45,296 nt of DNA from a virus (IMGVR_UViG_3300020165_000035:1-45296); one strand, 5' to 3'. Shown: positions 11,177 to 21,769, numbered from the stretch's first letter. Made by a program: numbers and translations. The notes: a model not told the origin generated them from the letters alone.

Positions 11177-12808
11177 TTACCAATATTCCAAAGTGTCTAC
11201 TTCTGACCACACTTGCCATTGTTTTCTTTCCCAGTCTTCACGAGATTCTATTTCGTCGATAACATCGCTGCCATCATCTATAAAACCAAAAGGTACCACG
11301 TCTGCTTCAATTTGCTTCATACGTTCCTGATACATTAAATCTTTAAGATTAATGTCTGTCAAGTTATGGAAGAATTCCGTATGTATAAAGTACCCCATCA
11401 TGACCAAGTTCATCATAAGATCGTCATGGTTACCTTCGCTTGCCTCATAGGACTGACCTTTCAGAACAAAGGTAGAAATTTCCATGATGGTTTGCTCATC
11501 TACTATCTCTAATTTTCGAGACTCCATGAGATCTTTGATACCAGAACAACCGAGACGTTTAGTTCTTCGGTTCATCTCAACACCTATATGAGATGATTTT
11601 ATTGTTGATGATACGTGTACATTTTCATATTCGATGTCGTAGTATAAACCATTACAGACTACTGCACCCTGATCATTTGCTTCAATTACCACATATGCAT
11701 CATTGTAAACAGTCGCGTACTTATATATAATATTAGGGAAGAGTATTGGAGAGATAGTGTTGTTCCGGTACACAGCAACCTGTTTAAAGGGTCTGGTCGT
11801 TATGTCAATAACAGTGAACGTAGAATAGTCCTGTCCTCTTCCTTTCGAGACATCAACGGTCATGATGTACTCGTGACTCGGCCGAGTTTCATCGTAAACT
11901 AACATAAGACCACCCTCTAGTACCCGCAGGGGCGCTTTTGATCTTAACGACAAAAGTGTCTCTGCGTTTATTAGGGTGTCCCCTGTTCCGAAAAAAGTAT
12001 TACCAAATTCTTGATCGAATTGCAATTGCGAAGTGTTGGCAATTGTCATTTGTTTCCATGCTTCGTCTCGACTTGGAACGTCCCACCAATCTACTCGAAA
12101 GGATTTAAACTCGTTCGTTCCTTGCTCTGCTCCTTCCCAGATTTTGTGGAAAATGTTTCCGATACCGTTTGCCGTAGACGTGATAATAACCTTCGTGTCT
12201 TTACCGGAAGAGATAACCGGATAGGTGGAAGTATAGAATTCACCTGCTCGCTCAACAAAAGCAAACTCATCGAGATAGAGCAAATTAACAGACATACCAC
12301 GAATAGAAGACCCGCTGGTAGAAGCAGCAACAATCCTAGAATTATTAGAAAATTCAATAGACCCTTTGTTAAGAGATTTGCAACCGGGCTGCAAAAAGAA
12401 AGGAAGGTTCTCCAACATGAGAGTAACACGTCCAAGCATCTCTCTCGAAGTGGAACCTTTGTTTGCGAGGACTGCGATTGTTTTTTCGGGATTGAAGATT
12501 GCATACCAGAGTAAGTAGGCGACAGACGAAATAGATTTGCCACTCTGTCTACAAGCAAGAATAATAGTAAAACGATTGCTATTAAAATGCTCGAACATCT
12601 TTTCTTGATAGGGGTAAAGATCGAACGGAACGAGACCTTTATCGAGTGATATAATTTTGACATATGTTTCCGCAAAATACGAAGGACTTGCCATACACTT
12701 TGCATATTCTTGGACCTCCTCTGTGGTCCACTCCTGAACTACACCATCTCTTTTTACTAGTGAGTTATATTGATATGTTTCATTCTGCATTCGAATTGCT
12801 TGAGTCAA
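11177..12808 (-). CDS. gp17: T4-like terminase large subunit
   Basis: Walker A RQSGKS, Walker B LYLDEFAF, IITSTANG, nuclease motif VDVSKGRGQDYS and HDDLMM. The true start may be Met7. Confidence 0.97.
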   Translation of the reverse strand: MTQAIRMQNETYQYNSLVKRDGVVQEWTTEEVQEYAKCMASPSYFAETYVKIISLDKGLVPFDLYPYQEKMFEHFNSNRFTIILACRQSGKSISSVAYLLWYAIFNPEKTIAVLANKGSTSREMLGRVTLMLENLPFFLQPGCKSLNKGSIEFSNNSRIVAASTSGSSIRGMSVNLLYLDEFAFVERAGEFYTSTYPVISSGKDTKVIITSTANGIGNIFHKIWEGAEQGTNEFKSFRVDWWDVPSRDEAWKQMTIANTSQLQFDQEFGNTFFGTGDTLINAETLLSLRSKAPLRVLEGGLMLVYDETRPSHEYIMTVDVSKGRGQDYSTFTVIDITTRPFKQVAVYRNNTISPILFPNIIYKYATVYNDAYVVIEANDQGAVVCNGLYYDIEYENVHVSSTIKSSHIGVEMNRRTKRLGCSGIKDLMESRKLEIVDEQTIMEISTFVLKGQSYEASEGNHDDLMMNLVMMGYFIHTEFFHNLTDINLKDLMYQERMKQIEADVVPFGFIDDGSDVIDEIESREDWERKQWQVWSEVDTLEYW

Positions 12809-13163
12809 TTTCTATCACCTTTTCATCTTCTACTTTATGTAGCAACCTTTGTAAGTCTGTTGTGCTACCGAGAAATACATTGTTATTGGTGATCTGCTTT
12901 GCTTGATTCTTGCTTGGTTCTAACATTTCTTTTTGTTTCTTATTCAGATCCATCAGTCTATCGTTGACATCAGATATGTTTTTGACCATACCTGATAACA
13001 CTTCAAACGCACGAGGGTGTTCTGATTCACGAGCAACTTCGATCATAAGATCAAGAGACTCTTTACCCTTCTCTATAAGTTCATAGTATGTAGCGCGAGA
13101 GTAATCGTAGTCATACTCTACTTTTTCTTCGGGTGTTTTTTTATCTTTATCGTGGTTTTTCAT
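12780..13163 (-). CDS. gp16: T4-like terminase small subunit
   Basis: DYDYSRATYYELIEKG..SL, ESEHPRAFEVLS, TNNNVFLGSTTDLQ. Overlaps the gp17 start. Confidence 0.92.
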   Translation of the reverse strand: MKNHDKDKKTPEEKVEYDYDYSRATYYELIEKGKESLDLMIEVARESEHPRAFEVLSGMVKNISDVNDRLMDLNKKQKEMLEPSKNQAKQITNNNVFLGSTTDLQRLLHKVEDEKVIEIDSSNSNAE

Positions 13164-14383
13164 TATGATGGACCATCCGATGCTTCTACTTTATGTTCAA
13201 AATTTCCAGTCAGGACAGTTGTTCCGGTTCCCAGAACCCCCGAGTATTGTTTGATAGTATATTTAACGTAGTTTGTGATCGCAGAGGAACCAGCACCAGA
13301 ACCATCGCCCGTTCCACCTTCGGCTCTGGTTGCTTGTAGTCTAACGATATCACTCAATTGAATCCACGTATTTGCTGTGGATTGTGTCCAAGAAGTTGCT
13401 ACACCTCCTTTTAGAACTTCATAAGCGTCACCTGCCACAGAACCTCTTGTAGAGCTTGTTAATATCGTTAAACCAGAATTCTCATAAACTTGGAACAAAA
13501 TTTGATAACTATCTCCAAAAATAGAATTTTGAGTGCTAGACCAGTTATTTCCTGTATCAAGAGCAGGAGTAATGGTCTCCACGTTTTCAGTCCCAAATCC
13601 AGTACTCTGTATAGCAGTCGAACCATTTCTTAAGAAATCTATTTGAGAAGTTGTGGTACACCCAAGGAACGGATTGTTAGTAAACCTTCTATGTCTAACT
13701 AATGTAGGATCGAATGCGAATGTGAGTGCTGTAGGATCATCTGCCACAGTAATCGTTGCAGTGGTTGCTACTTCAGTTCCGCCAGTCACAGCATCAAACA
13801 ATTTACCAGTAAATTGTTCACCATCATCTACACCGTCTGCGCCTCCTGCTCCCGCAAGTGTCACATCAACAGTGGCAGGAGAGAATGATGTTCCATTCCA
13901 TGTAACAGTAGTTCTTGCAGTCGCACCATTACCAGGAGGATCAGCAGTAAAGTCAGCATTAGACGTGGTGCCATGAGTGATATTGAAGTAATATGTTTGT
14001 GCGGCAGACCCTGCTGCTTCACCGAATGTAAAGGTAACAGTATTGCCTTCTGTGGGTGTCGTAGTACTGGGCGTAACAGTCGGAGCATTTGCAGGAATAA
14101 CTGTGCCATCTATTACATTAAAAGAATGAGTTTGTTTTCCGATATAACTAGCATTGGTTGCTACTTCTAAAACATATCCCCTTGTTCCGCTGGTAGCATT
14201 TTCTTCCACTTCTAATTCTATACTAGAATTTCTAGTACCGTCCGTGGTTTCAGTTCCGCTGTCTCTGCTCGGAAAATCTACTGCTATATTTCCGCCGGTG
14301 CCATTAACAATTCTCCAATACAGCGTAGATGCATTGGGCATATTTGAATGAAGCACACTAAATTGATATGTTGGATTAGCCAT
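13163..14383 (-). CDS. Putative virion adhesin with Calx-beta/Ig-like modules (406 aa)
   Basis: TVTPSTTTPTEGNTVTF...Y...HGTTSNADF...EQFTGKLFD..TGG resembles a Calx-beta-type module. Its TAA overlaps the gp16 ATG (TAATG). Confidence 0.55.
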   Translation of the reverse strand: MANPTYQFSVLHSNMPNASTLYWRIVNGTGGNIAVDFPSRDSGTETTDGTRNSSIELEVEENATSGTRGYVLEVATNASYIGKQTHSFNVIDGTVIPANAPTVTPSTTTPTEGNTVTFTFGEAAGSAAQTYYFNITHGTTSNADFTADPPGNGATARTTVTWNGTSFSPATVDVTLAGAGGADGVDDGEQFTGKLFDAVTGGTEVATTATITVADDPTALTFAFDPTLVRHRRFTNNPFLGCTTTSQIDFLRNGSTAIQSTGFGTENVETITPALDTGNNWSSTQNSIFGDSYQILFQVYENSGLTILTSSTRGSVAGDAYEVLKGGVATSWTQSTANTWIQLSDIVRLQATRAEGGTGDGSGAGSSAITNYVKYTIKQYSGVLGTGTTVLTGNFEHKVEASDGPS

Positions 14384-14396
14384 AGTATCTTATCTA

Positions 14397-17300
14397 TTAC
14401 TGTTCATAAGTTGCTGTCATAGTGACAGTTATGGCATCTAAAAGATCTAGTGTTGTGCCATCTCTTATACTAAGAGTGCCGAACACATTGCCATTTGCTT
14501 GCGTAAGTGATTCGTCCCGCGAGACCCAAACATGACTACCGCTTGCGTCTAACCATGATCCGGTGGTGCCTGAAAATAATGCCGATGATGAACCGTCGAG
14601 ATCGAATCTGATATCGTAATCGCTTGACGATCCTGCAAGCAACCATGTTCTGGTGATCGGAAGGTTGCTACTACCGAAACCGGTGCTTGTATCAGTGAAT
14701 CTGAAATCACCGTCTGATAGAGAGTTCCAACTAAATGTAACTTCTGCTTTGTCCGGTCCAGGTGCAGGTCCGGATTGCGCAGCAGCATTTACTTGTGCGC
14801 CAAGATCAACCAAAGTCGTTGCTCCTCCATCATTAATCTCAGTAGGACCAGAAACACTATTGATTGCTGCTGCCTGATCTGTAATAGTCACAGTTTGTTG
14901 TGGTGCTGAATTACCGTAAGTATCACCAACCGCATCGATGGTGACATTTTCGTCCCCTTGATATACAGGATCGCTTATTACACTGTAATTCTTTGTTACC
15001 GTACCGCTACCCGAAGTAAATTCTGCTGCGGTGATTGCAAAATTACCAGCGGTGACCCTGTTCGAAGCAGTGCCCGTAATTGTAACCGTAACATCTTCAT
15101 ACGAACCACCGTTTACTTCCGTTGCTACAATAGTATATTCTATTGGGAAACCTTCTGTTACCGGCGTATTGGTTGACGCAGTGTAAGTAACAGTAGGAAC
15201 AGCATCAGTAATATCAACCGTATCGGATTGACCACCCGCAGTCAAAGTTAGAGTTTCGTTTTCAATCGCAACATTATCATAGACAGCAGTGACATCAATA
15301 AATCCACTGTTACTGCCACCCATTGTAATGTTTCCAGTCAATGCTACATCAATATCTGCTGCTTGAACACCTGTAATTGTATATGGAACAAGAGTACCGT
15401 TTGGAATATTGGTGCCCGAAAGGGTGAACCTAGCAACACCGCCTTGTTCTGCAATACTTGATACATTGAACGATCCAGCATTGTAAACAGTTGCAGCATC
15501 TACAAGACTAAACGTATCACTTGTTCCAGTTCCAGAAATTGTAATCGTCTGTGGACCTTCATAAACATCACTAGAAGTCGTGGTAGGACTGATTGTAACC
15601 ACACCGCTATTAGATGCAAATGTAGCAGCAGTAATAGTAGTCGATCCAACATTAGCACGTGTATCACCAGTAATCTCATATGCAAAATCCGCATAAGTGG
15701 CGGTGTTCTGTAATGTTTGAGTGACAGTGAAACTGTAACCATCGCCTTCTGTTACGGTTGTAGCAACCATGTCGATTACATTAGTTCTTACTATTCCTGC
15801 TTCATTGACGGTAACTGTTTGTTGTGCTGTTTGACCACTGTCATCACCAGTAACGGTGAACGTCCAAACTTCGGGACCAACAAACCCTGTGTTTTCTGTT
15901 GTACCGACAACAACGTCATCATAAGTCGGTGCGGTAAAGTCACCACTCGAAGCACTAGCACGTCCTTGAGTATCTCCGGTCAATGCCCAACTAACGGTTT
16001 CGCCAACAGAATTGGTTACACTCAAATCTAGTGTTATGTCATTGCCTTCCGTTACAGGTGAGGCAATAGTCAATCCATATGTTGGAACAAGGTCTGTCAA
16101 ATCGAATTCAACTGTATCTTGTATTCCTGTGCTCTGACCTGTAACCGTAATGGTGATAGTCTGAGTCTCCTCTTCCGTTGCAAGAACAGTTGTAGGAAGA
16201 TTTAGATTTGCATAACTTGATCCGTTCCAGACGAAAGTTCCTCCAGCAACACTGTATCTTCCAGTGCCATCATCTTCAATTGCGTAGTCTACATTTTCTC
16301 CAACAGAGTTAGTAACATTCAAACCAATAACAACAGTGCTACCTTCTGTGTATGATCCTGCCGAGGTTAAAACTTCATATACAGGAACAACATCAGTAAT
16401 CGAAGAGTCGAAGGTTGCTATCGCGGCACCGCCAACAGTATCGGAAACATTCACAGTGAATGCTTGTGTGCCTTCCGGAGGAAGTTGATCTAAGACAGCA
16501 GTAAGATCCATGGTGGATGTCATGATCATGGTATCGCCGCCAGCAGTAATACTAGCAGCAGTTGTGCCTACTGTCAAGGTTGATCGTGAACCTGTCCTTG
16601 GAACAGAAGAAAAATCTGCGTCTTCTGCCCCAGTAACCCACCAATAATAAGTTGTTCCGGGCGCAGTATTCTTTCGAGTAAATGTCCACGAACCAGATGC
16701 TCCTTCTGATATAGCAGTAGGTCCGGTGATTACAGCAGCACTAGGAGCAGCATCAACCATGTTAAAAGTATTCGTAGATATTTGAGCAGGAACATCGTGG
16801 TTTGTAATTCTAATCGTTGAAGTTTGTGTTCCTCTATAATACCCATCTACTGTGGTTGCAGATAATGTTGGTGTTTGCGATGCTGCATTAAAAGCAATTC
16901 TTCCGCTGGTAGTTGTAATTCTTCCATCCAAGTCATCAAGGATTTCCCAAAGCACTCCATCAGAGGTAAGTGTTTCTGTGCTTTGATTGTAAAAATAATC
17001 ACCGTTTGGATTGTGTTCGTTTGTTACAGTGATTGTCGGAACAATAGAACCGCCCTCAGTAATATTATTTTGAGAAACAGCATACTGTGGATAAACCGAA
17101 GTGTCCTTAATTGTAATCAACTGTCCTTGCTGAACTGATTCTTCTTGTGTTGGTGTTAAATTGTCTAAACCAGTAGCAGGAGGTTGTAAGTATGCAAGAA
17201 GTTCAACTGTATTCGCATCGTTATGATAATCACTGTAAGATGCTGGTCCTACTAAGAAAACACGAAAAGTTTGATCCCCTTCTGTTATATAATCTTTTTT

Positions 17301-18887
17301 AGGATATACTGTAAAACTTGCAGCATTTGATGATACTACAATAGGTTGTCTGTTATTAAATCCAAAGGCATTGGGTTGTGCAGCATCCCAGTCGTTTGGA
17401 TTTGCAGTCAAATTAGCATCTGCGACCTGATTTATTCCGCTGCTAGTATTTTCGTCTGTTAGATAGTAATAAATGGTTCCATCTGGTAAATTAGTTCCTG
17501 TTATGTTAATTGAAGTACCAACAGAACCAACTTCGTTGACTTCCGTAGTAGATACGATGTAATGAACATCTGCAATACCATATAAGTTATCAAGTACTTC
17601 ATTTCTTACAGGAGCATTACACCAATCCAGTATATGAATCCTATATGTTTCTAAACCTTCTGCTGCTAAAAAGAAATCGTTTGCTATTTGAAACGAAAGC
17701 GATCCAGAAGTAGGGGTGTCGTAAACTTTACCAGGAACATCAGCAGGAGGAGTCGAACCCAATTCAGTTTTAACGGTTACTTCTAAATCTTCCCAACCTC
17801 CTGTAACTGTAAACGCTGTCAATGCAGGAAGATCAGAAGTAATACCATCAGACAATTGAATAGTGTTTGTACCACCGCCTACAACAGATACGATACTAGT
17901 ACCACGAAAAATCCCTGGACCTGTGATATCAAATCCTTCCCAACCAGTCGGATCAGAATTGATTGACAGTATTCGATCTCCTTTGGTAGCAAAACTTGAT
18001 GCTTCAATGGAAGGAGTATGTGTCTCTATCTGTGGAGGTACCACAACAAAGTCATCATCTACCGTCGATACATGTTCTAAGTACCATTTATATGTTCCGG
18101 GATATAGGTAGGTTTGTTCGGTTGCTCCTGCTCCATTCAACGAGGTTCCTGCACCTACGGTGTAAGTAACAGTAATACCTTCTGGCACAGGTTCATGTGA
18201 TGGCGCGAGAGTTATAACTGGTGATTCTAATGTAGTAGTTTCGCCAGAACCCTGCGAGGTCAGGTTCAAATCAGCAACACTTTCTAACAACACCTCTCCA
18301 CCCAAATACATACCGGCAGGATGAACAAATAATTTAAATAATTTTTTCCATTCGTTTACTGGAATTCCAGCACGAACAAGAATAGCAAACGTCTGATAGA
18401 GTTTATCATTAGTGATATATCTTAATGACGATGGACCAATTTTAGATATCAACGACGAAGGATTGTTTTCATCGGCAATAAGAAAAACGTTTTCTTTGGT
18501 ATAGATTACTTCTGGATCAAGGTTAAAGAAAGATCTGAAAAACCATTCGATAGAATATTTAGAACCCTTTGCACGAAACAACACACTAGAAAAGTTTGCT
18601 GCTGCCCGTTTGTCACCAGACCCTTCGAAGTAACTTCCACCTAACAACAACTCATCTTCGATAAAGTTAAGAAGCGTCAGGTCTGTTTCGGTAATATCAC
18701 GCGCAGCAAATAAATGATTCAACAACTCAGTTGCGTCATATTGGTTTTGCCATTCGTAATATCTTTCTAAAAGATTGATAAACTTTGGGTATGACGAACC
18801 AAAATGTTCAGGCAAAACGTTTTCAATATGCACATCACGCAGATTGATTCTTCGTCTTTTCTTGTCTATGAAATTATCGTGTGCCAT
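14397..18887 (-). CDS. gp7-like baseplate wedge protein core fused to tandem Ig/Calx-beta-like repeats (1496 aa)
   Basis: The first ~200 aa carry ENVLPEHF...YPKFINLLERYYEW, LFRAKGSKYSIEWFFR and EWKKLFKLFVHPAGM, motifs of gp7-like wedge proteins of aquatic T4-like phages. The remainder has repeated (V/I)xEG-starting beta modules. Confidence 0.65.
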   Translation of the reverse strand: MAHDNFIDKKRRRINLRDVHIENVLPEHFGSSYPKFINLLERYYEWQNQYDATELLNHLFAARDITETDLTLLNFIEDELLLGGSYFEGSGDKRAAANFSSVLFRAKGSKYSIEWFFRSFFNLDPEVIYTKENVFLIADENNPSSLISKIGPSSLRYITNDKLYQTFAILVRAGIPVNEWKKLFKLFVHPAGMYLGGEVLLESVADLNLTSQGSGETTTLESPVITLAPSHEPVPEGITVTYTVGAGTSLNGAGATEQTYLYPGTYKWYLEHVSTVDDDFVVVPPQIETHTPSIEASSFATKGDRILSINSDPTGWEGFDITGPGIFRGTSIVSVVGGGTNTIQLSDGITSDLPALTAFTVTGGWEDLEVTVKTELGSTPPADVPGKVYDTPTSGSLSFQIANDFFLAAEGLETYRIHILDWCNAPVRNEVLDNLYGIADVHYIVSTTEVNEVGSVGTSINITGTNLPDGTIYYYLTDENTSSGINQVADANLTANPNDWDAAQPNAFGFNNRQPIVVSSNAASFTVYPKKDYITEGDQTFRVFLVGPASYSDYHNDANTVELLAYLQPPATGLDNLTPTQEESVQQGQLITIKDTSVYPQYAVSQNNITEGGSIVPTITVTNEHNPNGDYFYNQSTETLTSDGVLWEILDDLDGRITTTSGRIAFNAASQTPTLSATTVDGYYRGTQTSTIRITNHDVPAQISTNTFNMVDAAPSAAVITGPTAISEGASGSWTFTRKNTAPGTTYYWWVTGAEDADFSSVPRTGSRSTLTVGTTAASITAGGDTMIMTSTMDLTAVLDQLPPEGTQAFTVNVSDTVGGAAIATFDSSITDVVPVYEVLTSAGSYTEGSTVVIGLNVTNSVGENVDYAIEDDGTGRYSVAGGTFVWNGSSYANLNLPTTVLATEEETQTITITVTGQSTGIQDTVEFDLTDLVPTYGLTIASPVTEGNDITLDLSVTNSVGETVSWALTGDTQGRASASSGDFTAPTYDDVVVGTTENTGFVGPEVWTFTVTGDDSGQTAQQTVTVNEAGIVRTNVIDMVATTVTEGDGYSFTVTQTLQNTATYADFAYEITGDTRANVGSTTITAATFASNSGVVTISPTTTSSDVYEGPQTITISGTGTSDTFSLVDAATVYNAGSFNVSSIAEQGGVARFTLSGTNIPNGTLVPYTITGVQAADIDVALTGNITMGGSNSGFIDVTAVYDNVAIENETLTLTAGGQSDTVDITDAVPTVTYTASTNTPVTEGFPIEYTIVATEVNGGSYEDVTVTITGTASNRVTAGNFAITAAEFTSGSGTVTKNYSVISDPVYQGDENVTIDAVGDTYGNSAPQQTVTITDQAAAINSVSGPTEINDGGATTLVDLGAQVNAAAQSGPAPGPDKAEVTFSWNSLSDGDFRFTDTSTGFGSSNLPITRTWLLAGSSSDYDIRFDLDGSSSALFSGTTGSWLDASGSHVWVSRDESLTQANGNVFGTLSIRDGTTLDLLDAITVTMTATYEQ

Positions 18888-18896
18888 AGTTTATAT

Positions 18897-20852
18897 TTAG
18901 CTCGTCGGAAATGCTTGTGTTGGAACAGAGAAGTTCGCAGTATATCGTGCGACACCTTTTGTGATTCTGAAATCTTCGATGAATCCTTCCCAGGCACTGC
19001 CTGACCCATTACGGGATGCATCCATTATCTGCAAAAAGTTTGAACTATAATTTTGAGTATCGTTCGTTACAGTACGTCCCAGAACACCGTTGACAAAAAT
19101 TCTTAGGTCAGTGCCTTCTCGTGTTACTGCTACGTGATTCCATGCGTTAAGATTTAATGGAGTCCCAGAAGTATCAAAATTACTAAATCCTCTAATCACT
19201 CTTACTTCGTGAGTAACTGCGATTTGTTGTAACCCTAAACCGTCATTCACCCCTTCATTTGAATGGGTAGATGCCATCTCGTAGTTACCTGACTGTAACG
19301 TGTAAAACCACCCTTCCATGGTGAAATCACCAGCACCTAATACTCCGCCTGTGCCTGTGAACGTACTTTCAATTCTGCCATTAGTGCCATTTCCTTCCAT
19401 TGACTTTGCTTGGAATAATGTAGTCAATCCCGCTTCCGCTTGGACACCATTAACTGTGACTAGTGAATTATTAAAAGTAGAAACATCACTTGCGTATGTT
19501 GTAGGACTACTCTCACCATCAACAGCATTGACTAAGAATACTACGTTAGCAAAGTCGTCATCTATATTACTAGTGTCTGTAACGACTATTGTAACATCGC
19601 CCACTTCTGCTGAGTTTTCTGCACCGTCTGGGATTGCTCTATACTGCCAAGTAACAGTACCGCCGAAGGGTGCTGCTGGTGGAGTGTATAAAAAAGTCCC
19701 TGCAAGAGAGTCGATAATAGTAACTGTTCCCTGTGCGGGTTGTGACTGCACCGTATGGGTGATATCACCTACAGTTTCAAACAAATCGTTGCTTGCAACA
19801 TTCATTGTCAAGGTTTCTGCGCCAGAGTAATTCAGTGTGAACGAATCGTCTACTGCATCATCAACCCCAGCATTAACCGGACCATTGATAGCAATGTTAA
19901 TATTTTCTATTACATTTTGCCCTACATCTACTCCAACAACAAAAGCGTCTGGTCCATAAGCATCTGGATTGGGTGTATACGTCCACGTTCCATCAGAGTC
20001 TATAATTGCTGTGCCAAACTCTGGCGCGGTTATTATTGAGTAACCTTGTATATCATTGAGGGTATTTTTTAACGATATAGTATTAGTCGCAGTCTGCCCC
20101 GCATCTTCTAATATATTAGAAGGAAGACTTGCGCTATCTCCACTCAAAATATTAGACTCGACTTTACAGAACGCAAGCAAACCACCGGTATCGAAATCCA
20201 AGAGACTTGTTTCGACTGTTCTGATAATAGATGATGCCGATTCGACGACTTTATACATGTTAATTTTCATTTCAAAATCGAGCGTGTATATAATAGTTCT
20301 TCGCGTTTCGATTGCCCCTTCATAATCGTCTTGCATTACCACACCATCAAGTTTAATAGGCGTGTCTTCTGTGATATCGTATCCGGTAAGAGGTTTTACT
20401 GTTACAGTATATTGTGGAGTAAAGTAAGGTATAATTTGTTCGACTACTTGAAGCGCGTCATCTTGACTTCTAGCATATACATTTAATTGAAATTGTAAAT
20501 TATAAGGAACAGGATTGTACATCCTTCGTGCCTTTGTGGAGTCGGACGTTCCCGCAATAGTTCTTGCACCTACCTTAGATAACTGTCGAGCAGCATCATA
20601 TTGTATTGCTAAAATTTCAAAAGACATCCTTGGAAGTTTGATCGCAATCTGTCGCTCTTGTTGCTCACCGATTTCCATGCCAGAAATTCTGTCCATGAAA
20701 TCTCGACGAGGTGCGTAAGATAAAGGAACTTTGGTCTCGTTAATAACATCACCCGCGCTATTATGGCGAACGACATATATGTTATTGAACAATGATCCGA
20801 ATACCGCAACTGCTTTACGAATTCTTTCGTGATAAAACCAATTACCTAACAT
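18897..20852 (-). CDS. gp15: Tail sheath stabiliser/terminator gp15 with C-terminal Ig-like (Big_9/cadherin-like) and LamG/ConA domains (651 aa)
   Basis: N-terminal FYHERIRKAVAVFGSLFNNI, KVPLSYAP, LPRMSFEI, PVPYNL, QVVEQIIPYF, DDYEG..RRTIIYTLDF. The extension has WTYTPNPDAYGPDAF and DFTMEGWFY...WNHVAVTR..LRIFVNG...IEDFRITKGVARY. Confidence 0.9.
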   Translation of the reverse strand: MLGNWFYHERIRKAVAVFGSLFNNIYVVRHNSAGDVINETKVPLSYAPRRDFMDRISGMEIGEQQERQIAIKLPRMSFEILAIQYDAARQLSKVGARTIAGTSDSTKARRMYNPVPYNLQFQLNVYARSQDDALQVVEQIIPYFTPQYTVTVKPLTGYDITEDTPIKLDGVVMQDDYEGAIETRRTIIYTLDFEMKINMYKVVESASSIIRTVETSLLDFDTGGLLAFCKVESNILSGDSASLPSNILEDAGQTATNTISLKNTLNDIQGYSIITAPEFGTAIIDSDGTWTYTPNPDAYGPDAFVVGVDVGQNVIENINIAINGPVNAGVDDAVDDSFTLNYSGAETLTMNVASNDLFETVGDITHTVQSQPAQGTVTIIDSLAGTFLYTPPAAPFGGTVTWQYRAIPDGAENSAEVGDVTIVVTDTSNIDDDFANVVFLVNAVDGESSPTTYASDVSTFNNSLVTVNGVQAEAGLTTLFQAKSMEGNGTNGRIESTFTGTGGVLGAGDFTMEGWFYTLQSGNYEMASTHSNEGVNDGLGLQQIAVTHEVRVIRGFSNFDTSGTPLNLNAWNHVAVTREGTDLRIFVNGVLGRTVTNDTQNYSSNFLQIMDASRNGSGSAWEGFIEDFRITKGVARYTANFSVPTQAFPTS

Positions 20853-21769
20853 TATGGGTTCCCAAACGGATTAGATTCTGAAAAATCAAGGATACCATCA
20901 GCAACATCTTCGAAAACATCATTTTGATTCTGACTCATTTCTTTCTCAATAACAGTAACAGGAATACCTACTGCATTACTTTCTAAACCTATTACACTTG
21001 CGACTGTGCTAAACGAATGAAACAGTCCATCCGAAGTGCTCATGTTAGTTATACTTAGCACTATTGCATCTGGGTCCGAAGCGTCATAACTAACAACGTC
21101 ACCAAAAACATAATAAGCAGTAAGACCTTCACCTTGAACTTGTCGAACTCTTTCACCGACTTCAAAAGCACCCGGAAGATTCATATTCTCTGTTGTGAAA
21201 ACTTCGGCAAATGTCATTTGATGTTGGTGACCAAAAATTTCTACATTATCTATTTCTGCAATATTAGTTTCAAAATTTTCACCACTGAATTCGAACAGTT
21301 CACATGAAAGTCTAAACACTGGAAGATTTTTTAATTGATAGAAAGGAGTTTCGTCAAACACCTTTTGTATTTCGAATATAGAACCAGACAACGGAAGGAA
21401 AATAAGATCTCCTTCTCTTGGTCTGAAAAATTGTTTAGTGTCTTCTTCGTGCTCGTATGGTGCTACTTGTTGTAACCATCTACGTCGAGCAACTACAAAG
21501 GTTGCTTGGTCACGAATCTCTACTCCGAACTTCGTAAACAAGTCGCCCTCGCCATCGAATCCTTCTACATTTTCGATGTACATTTCAATCTTGTAGGCGT
21601 CATCGAAAATAGCAGAAGTTTCGTCACCAAAAATAGTGTCGGTATTGACAGCATCTCTTGGCATGTAATAGACATCTTGCCCATACATTTTTAAAGACTC
21701 GACAATCAAGTCTTCATACAAGAGTTGCTCTGATCTGGCACCCTGAGAAAAATATTTATTTGTTGCCAT
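20852..21769 (-). CDS. gp14: T4-like neck protein
   Basis: EQLLYEDLIVESLKMYGQDVYYMPR, EGDLFTKFGVEIRDQATF, RPREGDLIF, FYQLKNLPVF.L.CELFE, DFSESNPFG. Confidence 0.95.
   Translation of the reverse strand: MATNKYFSQGARSEQLLYEDLIVESLKMYGQDVYYMPRDAVNTDTIFGDETSAIFDDAYKIEMYIENVEGFDGEGDLFTKFGVEIRDQATFVVARRRWLQQVAPYEHEEDTKQFFRPREGDLIFLPLSGSIFEIQKVFDETPFYQLKNLPVFRLSCELFEFSGENFETNIAEIDNVEIFGHQHQMTFAEVFTTENMNLPGAFEVGERVRQVQGEGLTAYYVFGDVVSYDASDPDAIVLSITNMSTSDGLFHSFSTVASVIGLESNAVGIPVTVIEKEMSQNQNDVFEDVADGILDFSESNPFGNP

Noticed and set aside
11177-12808. Intron, intein or homing endonuclease in the terminase or sheath/portal genes
   Set aside because: The genes are of normal length and continuous, with no LAGLIDADG, HNH, GIY-YIG or intein motifs seen.
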